64,000 nucleotides of DNA from NCBI GenBank assembly GCA_040081465.1, contig JBEBGL010000007.1, positions 35,976 through 99,975 of the forward strand, given 5' to 3'. Shown one piece after another: positions 8,471-17,272 of this stretch (position 1 is its first letter; every line of letters begins with the position of its first letter). The translations under genes and the position numbers were made by a program. The stretch comes from Ilumatobacteraceae bacterium (GTDB lineage Bacteria; Actinomycetota; Acidimicrobiia; Acidimicrobiales; Ilumatobacteraceae). The notes under the pieces are model-generated. The model saw only the letters and a program-made list of their open reading frames with translations. It made no database searches and was not told where the DNA came from.

Positions 8471-10863
8471 GTTTTCACCCTATCCCGCTCGGCAATCCGA
8501 CTGCCGAGCTCGAGCAACGGCCATGCGGCGACGATGACACCAGCTGCAAGCCCATACGCCCAACCCGCGGTTTGCGGCAGTTCGAACCAGTCGCGGCCCA
8601 AGGGAATGACAAACGCCAACGCGAAGAGTGCGGTCATCGCGATAACGAGGCCGCGTCGAAGGTGATTGAGCGGCCTCGCCACGCGGTAGAGGTTCATCAG
8701 CGCAACGGAGCCAGCGACGAGAACAGCGATCGTGCGCGCGTGGTCCGAGTCGATCGACTCGTCGAGTTGGGCGATCGCAAACACCGTCATCGTCGCTGCG
8801 GCAATGACGATGCCGGCTGGCACGGCACGGCCGAGCACGCGTGGCATGAACCCTTTCGCGACTCGTTGGTCGTTTGGTTCCAGCGCGAGGAAGAACGCGG
8901 GTACCCCAATCGTGAACCAACTGAGGATCGAGAGGTGGATCGGGCGCAATGGGTAAGCGAGCGCGAACACACCAGTGAGAATCGAAAGAAGGACTGAGTA
9001 GACGGTCTTTGCCAGAAACAGGCTGGCGACGCGTTCGATGTTGTTGATGACACGTCGACCTTCGCTAACGACAGCCGGCATCGCCGAGAAGTTGGAATCC
9101 ATCAGCACCAGTTGTGCGACACCACGTGTGGCTTCGCTTCCCGACGCCATTGCAATACCGCAATCACTGTCCTTGAGTGCCAGCACGTCGTTGACGCCAT
9201 CGCCGGTCATTGCGACGGTGTGGCCGCGAGCTTGCAGCGCTCTCACCATGGCTCGCTTCTGGTGCGGAGTCACGCGACCAAAGACTGTGCCGTTCTCGAT
9301 CGCGTCCGAGAATTCCTGGCTGTCCTCGTGCGGCAGCGTTGTCGCGTTGACGTTGTCTTCCCAGCCCACAAGTCCTGCGCGCTGAGCGACTGCGCCGACG
9401 GTCACGTTGTTGTCGCCGCTGATCACCTTCACGATCACGCCCTGATCGGCGAAGTACTTCAGTGTCGCCGGCGCATCGGCGCGCATGATGTCTTCCAGCA
9501 ACACGAGTGCGACGGGGCGCACCTTCGGCAGGTCGGGTTCTTCGCCGGTGAATGCGGTGTCGGTCGCAGCTAACACCAGTACCCGCTCGCCTTTCGCCGC
9601 GTGTCCTTCGACCTGCTCCTTCAGCGCGCCGGAGTACGCGTCGCCGAGCACGTTCTCCGGAGCGCCGAGTACCCAACTGCCACACGGCTTGCCTTCCTGC
9701 GTGGTGAAGGTCATGCCGCCCCACTTGCGGCCCGACGAGAACGGAACGCGGCCGGTGACGATCCATGTGGTCGGTTCGGTGAAGTGCGTGCCGAGCGCGG
9801 CGGTGGTTGCATTCGGGTCGGGGTCTAGTTGCGCGAGGGCGCACAACACGGGGTCGATAATGGCTCGATCTTCGCCGTCGATTGCATGCACGTCGGAGAG
9901 AGCGAGCGAACCCTCGGTGATGGTGCCGGTCTTGTCGGCGCAAAGCACATCGACACGCGCAAGCACTTCGATCGCTGGCAACTCTTGTACGAGGCAGCGT
10001 TGACGGGCGAGTCGCACTACGCCGACCGCGAACGCAACGCTGGTTAGAAGAACGAGACCCTCTGGCACCATTCCGACCAAGCCAGCGACGGTGCTGATGA
10101 TTGATTCCTGCCAGCCCTCGTGGCGGCGCAAGAACTGACTGCTAGCGAGTAGCAGGCCGACGGGGATGATGAGGTAGCCGACCCAGGTCACGATGCGGTT
10201 GATGTCGTTACGCAGCGGCGAGTTGACCAGCGTGAAGCGGCGAGCTTCTTCGGCGAGTTTGATCGCGTAGTTCTCGGCGCCGACCTTGGTGACCAACATT
10301 CGGCCCGTGCCAGCGATCACGGCGCTACCACTCAATACTCCGTCGCCCGGAGCCTTCGTAACAGCATCGGCTTCGCCCGTGAGATGCGACTCGTCGAGTT
10401 CGAGGTTCTCGCCGATCAGCACTATCCCGTCGGCGACGACCTGTGCACCTGAGCGCAACTCGGCCACATCATCGAGTACCAGTTCGTGTACCGCTAGCTC
10501 AACGACATTGCCGTCGCGCACGACATGGGCTTTGGGAGCGCTGATCACGCTCAGAGAATCGAGCACTCGCTTCGCGCGCAGTTCCTGCACGACACCGATG
10601 ACGCTGTTGGCGATGATGACGCCACCGAACAAAGCGTCCTTCGGTGAGCCGGCGGCGATGACCAAGGCGGCGAGAACACCGATGACGAGGTTGATTGGCG
10701 CCAGCACGTTGGCGCGAATGATCTGGCCAACGGTGCGGGTCGGCGCGGCCGGGATGGCGTTGGTTTGGCCACGGGCAACTCGCTGAGCGACTTCGGCGAC
10801 CGTCAAGCCGATCGACGGATCGGTCTGGGCCACGTTTGCTACATCAGCGGGGGAGTTGGTCAC
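8467..10863 (-). CDS. Cation-transporting P-type ATPase (HAD-IC family)
   Basis: Phosphorylation motif CADKTGTITEG, hinge motif MTGDGVNDVLALK, about 10 TM segments. 798 aa. Confidence 0.9.
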   Translation of the reverse strand: MTNSPADVANVAQTDPSIGLTVAEVAQRVARGQTNAIPAAPTRTVGQIIRANVLAPINLVIGVLAALVIAAGSPKDALFGGVIIANSVIGVVQELRAKRVLDSLSVISAPKAHVVRDGNVVELAVHELVLDDVAELRSGAQVVADGIVLIGENLELDESHLTGEADAVTKAPGDGVLSGSAVIAGTGRMLVTKVGAENYAIKLAEEARRFTLVNSPLRNDINRIVTWVGYLIIPVGLLLASSQFLRRHEGWQESIISTVAGLVGMVPEGLVLLTSVAFAVGVVRLARQRCLVQELPAIEVLARVDVLCADKTGTITEGSLALSDVHAIDGEDRAIIDPVLCALAQLDPDPNATTAALGTHFTEPTTWIVTGRVPFSSGRKWGGMTFTTQEGKPCGSWVLGAPENVLGDAYSGALKEQVEGHAAKGERVLVLAATDTAFTGEEPDLPKVRPVALVLLEDIMRADAPATLKYFADQGVIVKVISGDNNVTVGAVAQRAGLVGWEDNVNATTLPHEDSQEFSDAIENGTVFGRVTPHQKRAMVRALQARGHTVAMTGDGVNDVLALKDSDCGIAMASGSEATRGVAQLVLMDSNFSAMPAVVSEGRRVINNIERVASLFLAKTVYSVLLSILTGVFALAYPLRPIHLSILSWFTIGVPAFFLALEPNDQRVAKGFMPRVLGRAVPAGIVIAAATMTVFAIAQLDESIDSDHARTIAVLVAGSVALMNLYRVARPLNHLRRGLVIAMTALFALAFVIPLGRDWFELPQTAGWAYGLAAGVIVAAWPLLELGSRIAERDRVKT

Positions 10864-10889
10864 CCCTTGAACCTATAGCGTCCAGCCGC

Positions 10890-11276
10890 ATGGCAATCAG
10901 CGATGAGAAATACGTTCTGCTCACCACTTTCCGCAAGTCAGGCGAGGCCGTTGCGACACCCGTGTGGATCGCACCGCTGCCCGACGGCGGGGCCGGCTTC
11001 ACGACCGAGTCCAACGCAGGCAAGGTGAAGCGCATTCGCAACACGCCGCGCGTGACGTTGCAGGCATGTTCTGTGAGCGGAAAGGTGACGCCCGACTCAG
11101 CCGTTGTTGAGGCGACGGCCGCAGTGCGAGATGGTGCCGATGCACGACCGATTCACAAGGCGATTCGCCGCAAGTATCCGGTAATGGTCTCGTTACTGAG
11201 TGTTCCGTCGTTCTTCAAGAAGCTCGTTCGTCGCAAGCCTGCTGCTGAGTGTGCGATCCATCTCACCTTCGAGTGA
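10890..11276 (+). CDS. PPOX-class (pyridoxamine 5'-phosphate oxidase-like), probably F420-dependent, protein
   Basis: The pattern YVLLTTFRKSGEAVATPVW...GKVKRIRNTPRVTL is typical of small PPOX-class split-barrel proteins. The start is set at MAISDEK. Confidence 0.7.
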   Translation: MAISDEKYVLLTTFRKSGEAVATPVWIAPLPDGGAGFTTESNAGKVKRIRNTPRVTLQACSVSGKVTPDSAVVEATAAVRDGADARPIHKAIRRKYPVMVSLLSVPSFFKKLVRRKPAAECAIHLTFE

Positions 11277-11309
11277 GCGGCGCTCTCGCTTATGTAGCGT
11301 TGGGGCCAA

Positions 11310-11382
11310 GCCCTTGTAGCTCAGTGGATAGAGCAACGGTTTCCTAAACCGCAGGTCGCATGTTCGATTCATGCCAAGGGCG
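11310..11382 (+). tRNA. tRNA-Arg (anticodon CCU)
   Basis: Manual cloverleaf: acceptor GCCCTTG/CAAGGGC, D-arm GCTC/GAGC, anticodon loop TTCCTAA, T-arm GCATG-TTCGATT-CATGC, discriminator G. No CCA is encoded. Confidence 0.85.
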
Positions 11383-11494
11383 CTGAGTAACTTCTTGCGC
11401 GCAGCGGCGCGAACGTACCGCGAACGTCGCGCACGCGGGGAGCCCTGCTTCTCGTCGCAACTCGTCTGGCCGAGAATGAATACGCTCCCGTATC

Positions 11495-12016
11495 GTGATT
11501 CGTGACTGGCGTGCGGCGCAGGAAGTGGCACCATTCCAACTCGACTCTGTGTCGTTGCGCCGACAAATAGCAACGCATGAGGCCGGCCACGCCGTAATAG
11601 GTGATCAATGCGGGTTCACCTTGGTCGAGGTTCGTATCGGCTTTGAGGGTTGGCACGCGAGCGGTGGCCAGATTGCGGGAGGCTGCCTGTGGGATGCGCC
11701 CGACGGCGATCAGAGTCAGCTCGCGAGGATGGAACCTCACAAATTCGCGCTAATGGCTCTGGCCGGGCTAAATGCGGAACGTTGCCTCTGTAACCGCGTC
11801 CTGATGAATGCATACGAGGACGATCTGAAACTTCTTCGCATCGGGCTTGGATGGGTTGGCGGCGAGGCGGCAGAAATGGACCAGTTCCACGAGCTTCTTC
11901 GCGAATGCGAGGCGCTGGTCGAGGCTCATGCCAACGAGGTAGCCGGAGTTGCCTCAGCCTTGGACACGGCTGGGAACCTTTCGCTGGAAGCCGTAAGGGA
12001 TGCAATGCTTCGCTGA
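11495..12016 (+). CDS. Stand-alone FtsH-like (peptidase M41-type) zinc metalloprotease domain protein
   Basis: HEAGHAV (HEXXH) followed by ALAGLNAERC. This resembles the FtsH protease domain, but no AAA module or TM segment is present. 173 aa, lower GC. Confidence 0.5.
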   Translation: MIRDWRAAQEVAPFQLDSVSLRRQIATHEAGHAVIGDQCGFTLVEVRIGFEGWHASGGQIAGGCLWDAPDGDQSQLARMEPHKFALMALAGLNAERCLCNRVLMNAYEDDLKLLRIGLGWVGGEAAEMDQFHELLRECEALVEAHANEVAGVASALDTAGNLSLEAVRDAMLR

Positions 12017-12021
12017 CTCAA

Positions 12022-12684
12022 CTATGACGTTGAGCCCTTCGGCGGAACCCCTCGCGCACGATGTTTCGTTGCCAACTCTTCGAGGTCACGTTCGAGAGCG
12101 AAGAGCGCAGCGTGGAGCTCGGGCAACGACAACATTCCGCCCACCAAGCCTACGGACGCGTGTCCTTCTGTGACTTCTACCATCGTCGCCCCTGGTGGGG
12201 GAAAGTATCCGAGAATCTCCGAATCGATTGAGCCATCGGGGAGTTGAATGCCGAGCCGTGAGTACGTGTCAATCACGTGCGGAGTATGCCTTGCGGTCAG
12301 GCGTCGATAGAGCACACGTTGATCACGGTGTTCAGCGAGCAGATTTCGTGCTTCCCGCAGCCGAAGTCGAAGAACGGGGTCCGGGGGTAGAGACTGAGTC
12401 TCGCCCAGCTGGCCGAGCAGTCGCTCGACCAATTCGGTGTGTGAGACCGCCTCGTGCGCAACGACGAGCAACAGATGAAGATCTGCGTGTTGAAGGCCAA
12501 AGCCCTTAGGTGTTCGAGCTACGTGTAGTCCAAACTTGCGGTCGTATTGTCGCAACGCTGCCCAACAGAACGATTGTGTATCACCGATGGTTCCGTCCAA
12601 CGCATAGCGCAGATGATCCTCAGTCGCGTCCGTAATTGCATCGGTCAGCAGAGCGTCCTGCTCTTGTAGGTGGCGGCGTCCCAT
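12022..12684 (-). CDS. Hypothetical protein (island gene)
   Basis: An ORF with coding-like composition. The start is uncertain (ATG 12684 or TTG 12729). No family is recognised. Confidence 0.4.
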   Translation of the reverse strand: MGRRHLQEQDALLTDAITDATEDHLRYALDGTIGDTQSFCWAALRQYDRKFGLHVARTPKGFGLQHADLHLLLVVAHEAVSHTELVERLLGQLGETQSLPPDPVLRLRLREARNLLAEHRDQRVLYRRLTARHTPHVIDTYSRLGIQLPDGSIDSEILGYFPPPGATMVEVTEGHASVGLVGGMLSLPELHAALFALERDLEELATKHRARGVPPKGSTS

Positions 12685-12787
12685 CAGGTACGAACATCCT
12701 GGGCTGAATGAGCGCTCGGGGAGGGGCAATTCAACGCCGTGTGTCCCCTCAAGCCGATCGATACGAATTGAGCCTCACAGAGGTTCA

Positions 12788-13978
12788 TTACAGTACTTTC
12801 GCGAGGTCGCGTAGTTTGGTGTGGAGATTGTCTGATTCGTCTAGTCGAGCGAGGCCTCGGCGCATGTGAGAAACGTGGCCCTTTTCGCCCACAAGGTGAT
12901 CGCAGTAGGCGGCTCCTGCCGTGAGATACATCATGTCCGTGAGGTCGTTGTCACGCCAACGAAGGTTCGGGTTGCAAAGTTTCTCGTGCATGACTTCGCG
13001 GTAGAGGCGCAGGGCCGGCATTTGGTCCACGTCCGAATGTGCGTGCTGCACGAACCACTCGCTCAATTGTGATGGGCTGAGACCGCTCTCGTGAGCAGCG
13101 TGAGCCACCTCGATGGACGAGTCCGCAAGGAATTTGGCACCGGTTCGTACGCGTTTCACCTCGGGACCGGTGGGATCGGTTGCGAGAAAGGCCGCAAACT
13201 TCTGAAATTGCGATGCCCATCCAGCTGTTGGCTCTGCAGGAATGTGCTCTGCATCTAGCAGTACGTCGAACGTCGCGCAAATGCACGACAGCACGTGCGT
13301 GGCCCACCTCACGGGTTCCGGTAGGTCGCTGTCGTCATCCTGCGGTGACCAGACTCGTTGGGTCAACGACGCCTCCGGAGCGAGCGTGACGGCAGTGGGC
13401 GGCGGCAGCGTCACGTCCTGGTACCGCTGCTTCATCGCACGCACTAGTTCGAATCGTCGAAGGGCCAGCGGGTCTGCGAATTGCCAGCCTGCAGACAGCT
13501 GGGCCATCGTGACTCCTCTTTGATATCTCTCGTGTGGATCGACCTGCTTGCACGTTTCGCTTAGATGCGCCCATGAAAGCGGTAGCAGTATTTCTCGTCT
13601 CTGAGCTCGATCGATGATGGCGGTGGCGGCGGCTAGTTCATCAGTGTTCTTGACGCGGCTGGGGTCATGGATCGCGTCACTCAGGGTGCTCCAGTGGTTC
13701 TGGTCGAGGTAGACGGTTGGACGACCCTGTGTTGGCGCGAGGTCGGAAGGAGATGGAAGGTCGATCAGGATGAGATCTCCGCGAGTCGTCAGAAACTGCA
13801 TGACCGAAGAGTTGGGAAGATACGTCGTCATGAAAATCGAACTGGTTTCGGTGAAGGCTGGGCGCCCGAGGCGCGCAGTGAAGGACCGCCCATCAATGAG
13901 GGTGACCGACATAACGCCGTCTCGGTTGAATTGCAGTGCGCCAACGCGATCGAAGGGAGACTGATTCATTGTTCTCAT
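12788..13978 (-). CDS. Hypothetical protein (island gene), possibly with a PIN-like acidic motif pair
   Basis: Long ORF, with the start set at MRTMNQ. It contains VYLDQNHW near the N-terminus and DNDLTDMMYLTAGAAYCDHLVGEKG near the C-terminus. Confidence 0.5.
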   Translation of the reverse strand: MRTMNQSPFDRVGALQFNRDGVMSVTLIDGRSFTARLGRPAFTETSSIFMTTYLPNSSVMQFLTTRGDLILIDLPSPSDLAPTQGRPTVYLDQNHWSTLSDAIHDPSRVKNTDELAAATAIIDRAQRREILLPLSWAHLSETCKQVDPHERYQRGVTMAQLSAGWQFADPLALRRFELVRAMKQRYQDVTLPPPTAVTLAPEASLTQRVWSPQDDDSDLPEPVRWATHVLSCICATFDVLLDAEHIPAEPTAGWASQFQKFAAFLATDPTGPEVKRVRTGAKFLADSSIEVAHAAHESGLSPSQLSEWFVQHAHSDVDQMPALRLYREVMHEKLCNPNLRWRDNDLTDMMYLTAGAAYCDHLVGEKGHVSHMRRGLARLDESDNLHTKLRDLAKVL

Positions 13979-14196
13979 CGTTGCGCATGTTTCGTGGGGC
14001 CCGTGTGGATTTGGAGCACGAGAGGTTGACGTCACGTTCCAGGTCCCCGGATTGAGGACAGAGCGTTGGCTGTGGGTCGGAGATTCCGTCCCCACCGGCT
14101 GTCGTGAATACCTGACCCGCAAACTCGCTTGTGGGTCGCCCTAGAAGAAACCGAACGTGTCAACTGTCCACAGGTTTCGTGATTGAGACGGGACGA

Positions 14197-15339
14197 TCAG
14201 CGCTCCTTTCGGTAGCGATGATGGCCACGGCGAGTAGGCGGGCTATTCATGCCATCGGCAGTCGCTTTCACCCAGTCACCACCGTCCATGGTTAGGAGCG
14301 GTCTGCGTGAGTGCGGAAGCTCCAGGTCGTCGAGGCGCCACACGTCATCTGGGTGACAGTAGATTTCTCGATGCGCCTGACTCGCGATCAGTTGATTTAG
14401 TTCGTCTACGGAGAACTCGAGCGGAGCATCTACGACGACTTCTTCAAGCCCTTCGTCATTGTGGAGAACTAGAGCCGTTGAACGGTTCATAGGAATCCAG
14501 ACCTCGTCCGCTGTCGCTAGCCCTAAACCCAACCCATGAGTAAGTGTCCCTGCACTTACGTCCATAACGACGGGGTTGTCACTGATCATCAGCCCTTCTT
14601 CCGGGAACCTCACGACCGTCACTTTTCGACCTAGGAAGTACGGCATGCTGTGCAGACCGACGTCCAACATCGTGCGCACCATTTCATTTTGGTGTGGAAC
14701 TACCTCCCATTGGTCCATGTTCGCAACAGCCTCCAGCAGCGCCTCAACGGCTAACTCATCCGGCTCAATTCCGATTTGGCGGAGATGCGCTCTCGCCGAA
14801 TCCTCGTCGGTGATCAGAGACAGTTGCATCTTAGTGAGACTGTCTGCGACCACCTCGAATTGTCGCCGCATCGTCGGCGTGCGCACTCGCTGCAGCGACG
14901 CCCATGTCGCTAACGCCATGCGATCCTCGCGCGTCGGCGGCCAGGGCTCTCCGGAGATGAAGTGGTCTAGGACTCGCACGAAATCGCCATCAACCTGCGC
15001 AAAGATTCGTTCAATAGCGACTGTCTCGCCGACGTCCTTGGCGATCGTCGTGTAGAGATCCTTCATGACGGCGACGGACTTGATCGGGAGAATCTCGCGA
15101 CTAATCGGTTCGTCTAACACAACTCGGACGATTTCGCCCTGCTTGGCAAAGCGTGCTTGGTACGAACGAGCAACGTAGTGGTGCAAGCGAGGATCACCCG
15201 CTGCGAGAGGCGTTCGTATTGCGCCAGCCAGCCTCTCGACGGTCGCACGACCTTCGGCTGACAGTTCGAGTAGCGGCCGTAAGTCAAACGGATATTGGTC
15301 TCCTGGACCTTCTTCAGCGGAAGCACCCAGGAACTGCAT
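14197..15339 (-). CDS. DUF4238-like protein
   Basis: The HHYVARSYQARF motif near the N-terminus resembles the DUF4238 signature (HHYVPxFYL). The start is set at MQFLGAS. Confidence 0.55.
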   Translation of the reverse strand: MQFLGASAEEGPGDQYPFDLRPLLELSAEGRATVERLAGAIRTPLAAGDPRLHHYVARSYQARFAKQGEIVRVVLDEPISREILPIKSVAVMKDLYTTIAKDVGETVAIERIFAQVDGDFVRVLDHFISGEPWPPTREDRMALATWASLQRVRTPTMRRQFEVVADSLTKMQLSLITDEDSARAHLRQIGIEPDELAVEALLEAVANMDQWEVVPHQNEMVRTMLDVGLHSMPYFLGRKVTVVRFPEEGLMISDNPVVMDVSAGTLTHGLGLGLATADEVWIPMNRSTALVLHNDEGLEEVVVDAPLEFSVDELNQLIASQAHREIYCHPDDVWRLDDLELPHSRRPLLTMDGGDWVKATADGMNSPPTRRGHHRYRKER

Positions 15340-15566
15340 GATGTCACGATAGAAGTGCGAAGGGCCGACTGAACAGAAGCACTCCAACGTTGGGACTGGG
15401 CGCCCATAGACTCGCCGAAACAGCGTGGTCCGCTGCGCAGACCTGCCATGAGATCGACCAACTGGGGACAAGCGACGCCTGATCGCGCGATTGGGCTATG
15501 TCGTCGGGGAATACCTCCCAGAGATCAGCGGTTGATTCGGCTCACCCGCCAATCCTTAGGACTCAA

Positions 15567-15992
15567 ATGCAACTCACCGCCCACTTACCCGACGATCGAC
15601 GCGCTCGGGTTGACGCGCGACTTCAGACGAACTTGATGGCTTGGCTTACGACAGTGAACACGGCCGGTCGGCCGGACACCGTACCCGTGTGGTTTCTGCT
15701 CCGCGACGACGGCAGCTTCTTGGTCTACAGCCAGCCCAACAAGGCGAAGCTGCGCAACATTGACGGCAACCCACATGTCGCTTTGGGACTCGACGTCACC
15801 GACATTGGTCGCGACATCATTCGCATTGAGGGCACGGCCGCACGAGTGGCCGACCACCCGCGGGCCGATCAAGTTCCGGCGTACGCGGCCAAATACGCCG
15901 AGCGCATCGGTGCCATCTTTGGCACGGTCGAGAACTTTGGTGAAGCCTTCTCGGACGCGATTGTCATCACGCCGAGCCGGCTTCACGCGTAA
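15567..15992 (+). CDS. PPOX-class, probably F420-dependent, oxidoreductase
   Basis: WLTTVNTAGRPDTVPVWF...KLRNIDGNPHVAL split-barrel pattern. The start is set at MQLTAHL. Confidence 0.7.
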   Translation: MQLTAHLPDDRRARVDARLQTNLMAWLTTVNTAGRPDTVPVWFLLRDDGSFLVYSQPNKAKLRNIDGNPHVALGLDVTDIGRDIIRIEGTAARVADHPRADQVPAYAAKYAERIGAIFGTVENFGEAFSDAIVITPSRLHA

Positions 15993-15998
15993 GGGCGC

Positions 15999-16082
15999 TT
16001 AGCGGCCGCGCCTGCTGAAGCCGAAGCCTCCGCCAAGAAGCAGCACAATGACGATGATGATCAAGAGGGTGGTCATGCCCAT
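15999..16082 (-). CDS. Possible 27-aa hydrophobic micro-protein
   Basis: Encodes MGMTTLLIIIVIVLLLGGGFGFSRRGR. Its ATG overlaps the stop of the upstream membrane-protein gene. It is below the ORF-track length cutoff. Confidence 0.25.
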   Translation of the reverse strand: MGMTTLLIIIVIVLLLGGGFGFSRRGR

Positions 16083-17269
16083 CAGGTACCCCGCGGCGGT
16101 CTGGGCGAAACACTGATCGCGTCGGACAGACTTCGCATGTCGTTGTCGTGAGCCGCTCGATCGGTGTCGCTCTGTTCTAGGCGCCAGTCGGCCACGGTCA
16201 TGAACACGAACATGATGGTGAAGACGGCGGTGGCGACGAGATGGCGGCCGAAGAACTCAACACCACTGCGCACGAGCATCGTCACCGTCAGCACACCATC
16301 GGGTCCGACGATTCGTCGGCCCAAGAAGCGGGCGGTCAGCGCGTAAAGCACGATGCACGCGACGCCGGCATAGGTCACGATCCACCCGATGCGATTGGCG
16401 CGGCCGAGCTCTTCGTCGGCCTCGGCCGGGCTGAGCGGTCGCGTGTACGTCTTGCGATGGAACAGGAATAGCAGCGGCACCACCGCGATGAGCCCGATCC
16501 CCAACACGAGCACCCCGTTGCCGATGAGCTGATTGACGATCACGAACGCGATTGCGACGATCAGTGTGTAGAAGGGCGCGACGGCCACGAGGAACCAACC
16601 GGGGAACCGCGAGCCTGGCATCAGCGCCTTTGCTCGCAGCGCTCCCTTTAGGACGCCGCCTGGAATCGAGATAAGCACCGGCAACAGTTGGACGAAGTAG
16701 TTCACCGCAACGAAGACTCGCAGCAGCAGCAATTCCAACTCGAGGGTTTCAAGTGCGACTGTCGGGTCGGTGCCTTTGACGGCCGAATCGATGACGACCA
16801 CGGCGCGCAGCTTGTCGATGTCGATCCAACCGTCGATCGGCACGAGCGCCGCAAGCAATGGCAGGGCAATGGACGCGACCCATGTAAAGAGCAACACGCG
16901 CGAGGTCGCCCGCAGGTTCGTCCAAGTGATTACGCAATAGAGGGCAGCGGCGGGAATCAAGCCAAGCGAAATGGTCGGAACCCACTGCAGTAACTTGCCG
17001 AACGAAGTCAGTTGCGAGGTGTCGTTATCCAACACGGCGACGACCGATAGCGCAGTCGCGATGATCAGCACCGGGACGCTGAGCAACAGCACGCTGCGAC
17101 GCCACGCGGCAAGTCCCTGCACATGCGGCTCGAGCACGCCTGCCGTCGCGAGTTGCTCGCGCTCGGCATCGCTTACTCGTACGGACCTCGTTCGCCAGCT
17201 GAAGGCGCGCTTCAGGTGGCCAGCGAGGGTGACGCGCATGCGCAGGGACCGTACTGCACTTGCTACCAA
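16082..17269 (-). CDS. Polytopic membrane protein, unknown function
   Basis: About 8 hydrophobic segments. No motif is recognised. The start is uncertain. Confidence 0.5.
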   Translation of the reverse strand: MVASAVRSLRMRVTLAGHLKRAFSWRTRSVRVSDAEREQLATAGVLEPHVQGLAAWRRSVLLLSVPVLIIATALSVVAVLDNDTSQLTSFGKLLQWVPTISLGLIPAAALYCVITWTNLRATSRVLLFTWVASIALPLLAALVPIDGWIDIDKLRAVVVIDSAVKGTDPTVALETLELELLLLRVFVAVNYFVQLLPVLISIPGGVLKGALRAKALMPGSRFPGWFLVAVAPFYTLIVAIAFVIVNQLIGNGVLVLGIGLIAVVPLLFLFHRKTYTRPLSPAEADEELGRANRIGWIVTYAGVACIVLYALTARFLGRRIVGPDGVLTVTMLVRSGVEFFGRHLVATAVFTIMFVFMTVADWRLEQSDTDRAAHDNDMRSLSDAISVSPRPPRGT

Positions 17270-17272
17270 TCG

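Noticed and set aside
15529-15545. Possible direct repeat of the tRNA-Arg 3' end (attR) at the right edge of the island
   Set aside because: Only about 10 of 15 positions match (gcggttgattcggctc versus atgttcgattcatgcc). That is too weak to call an att site.
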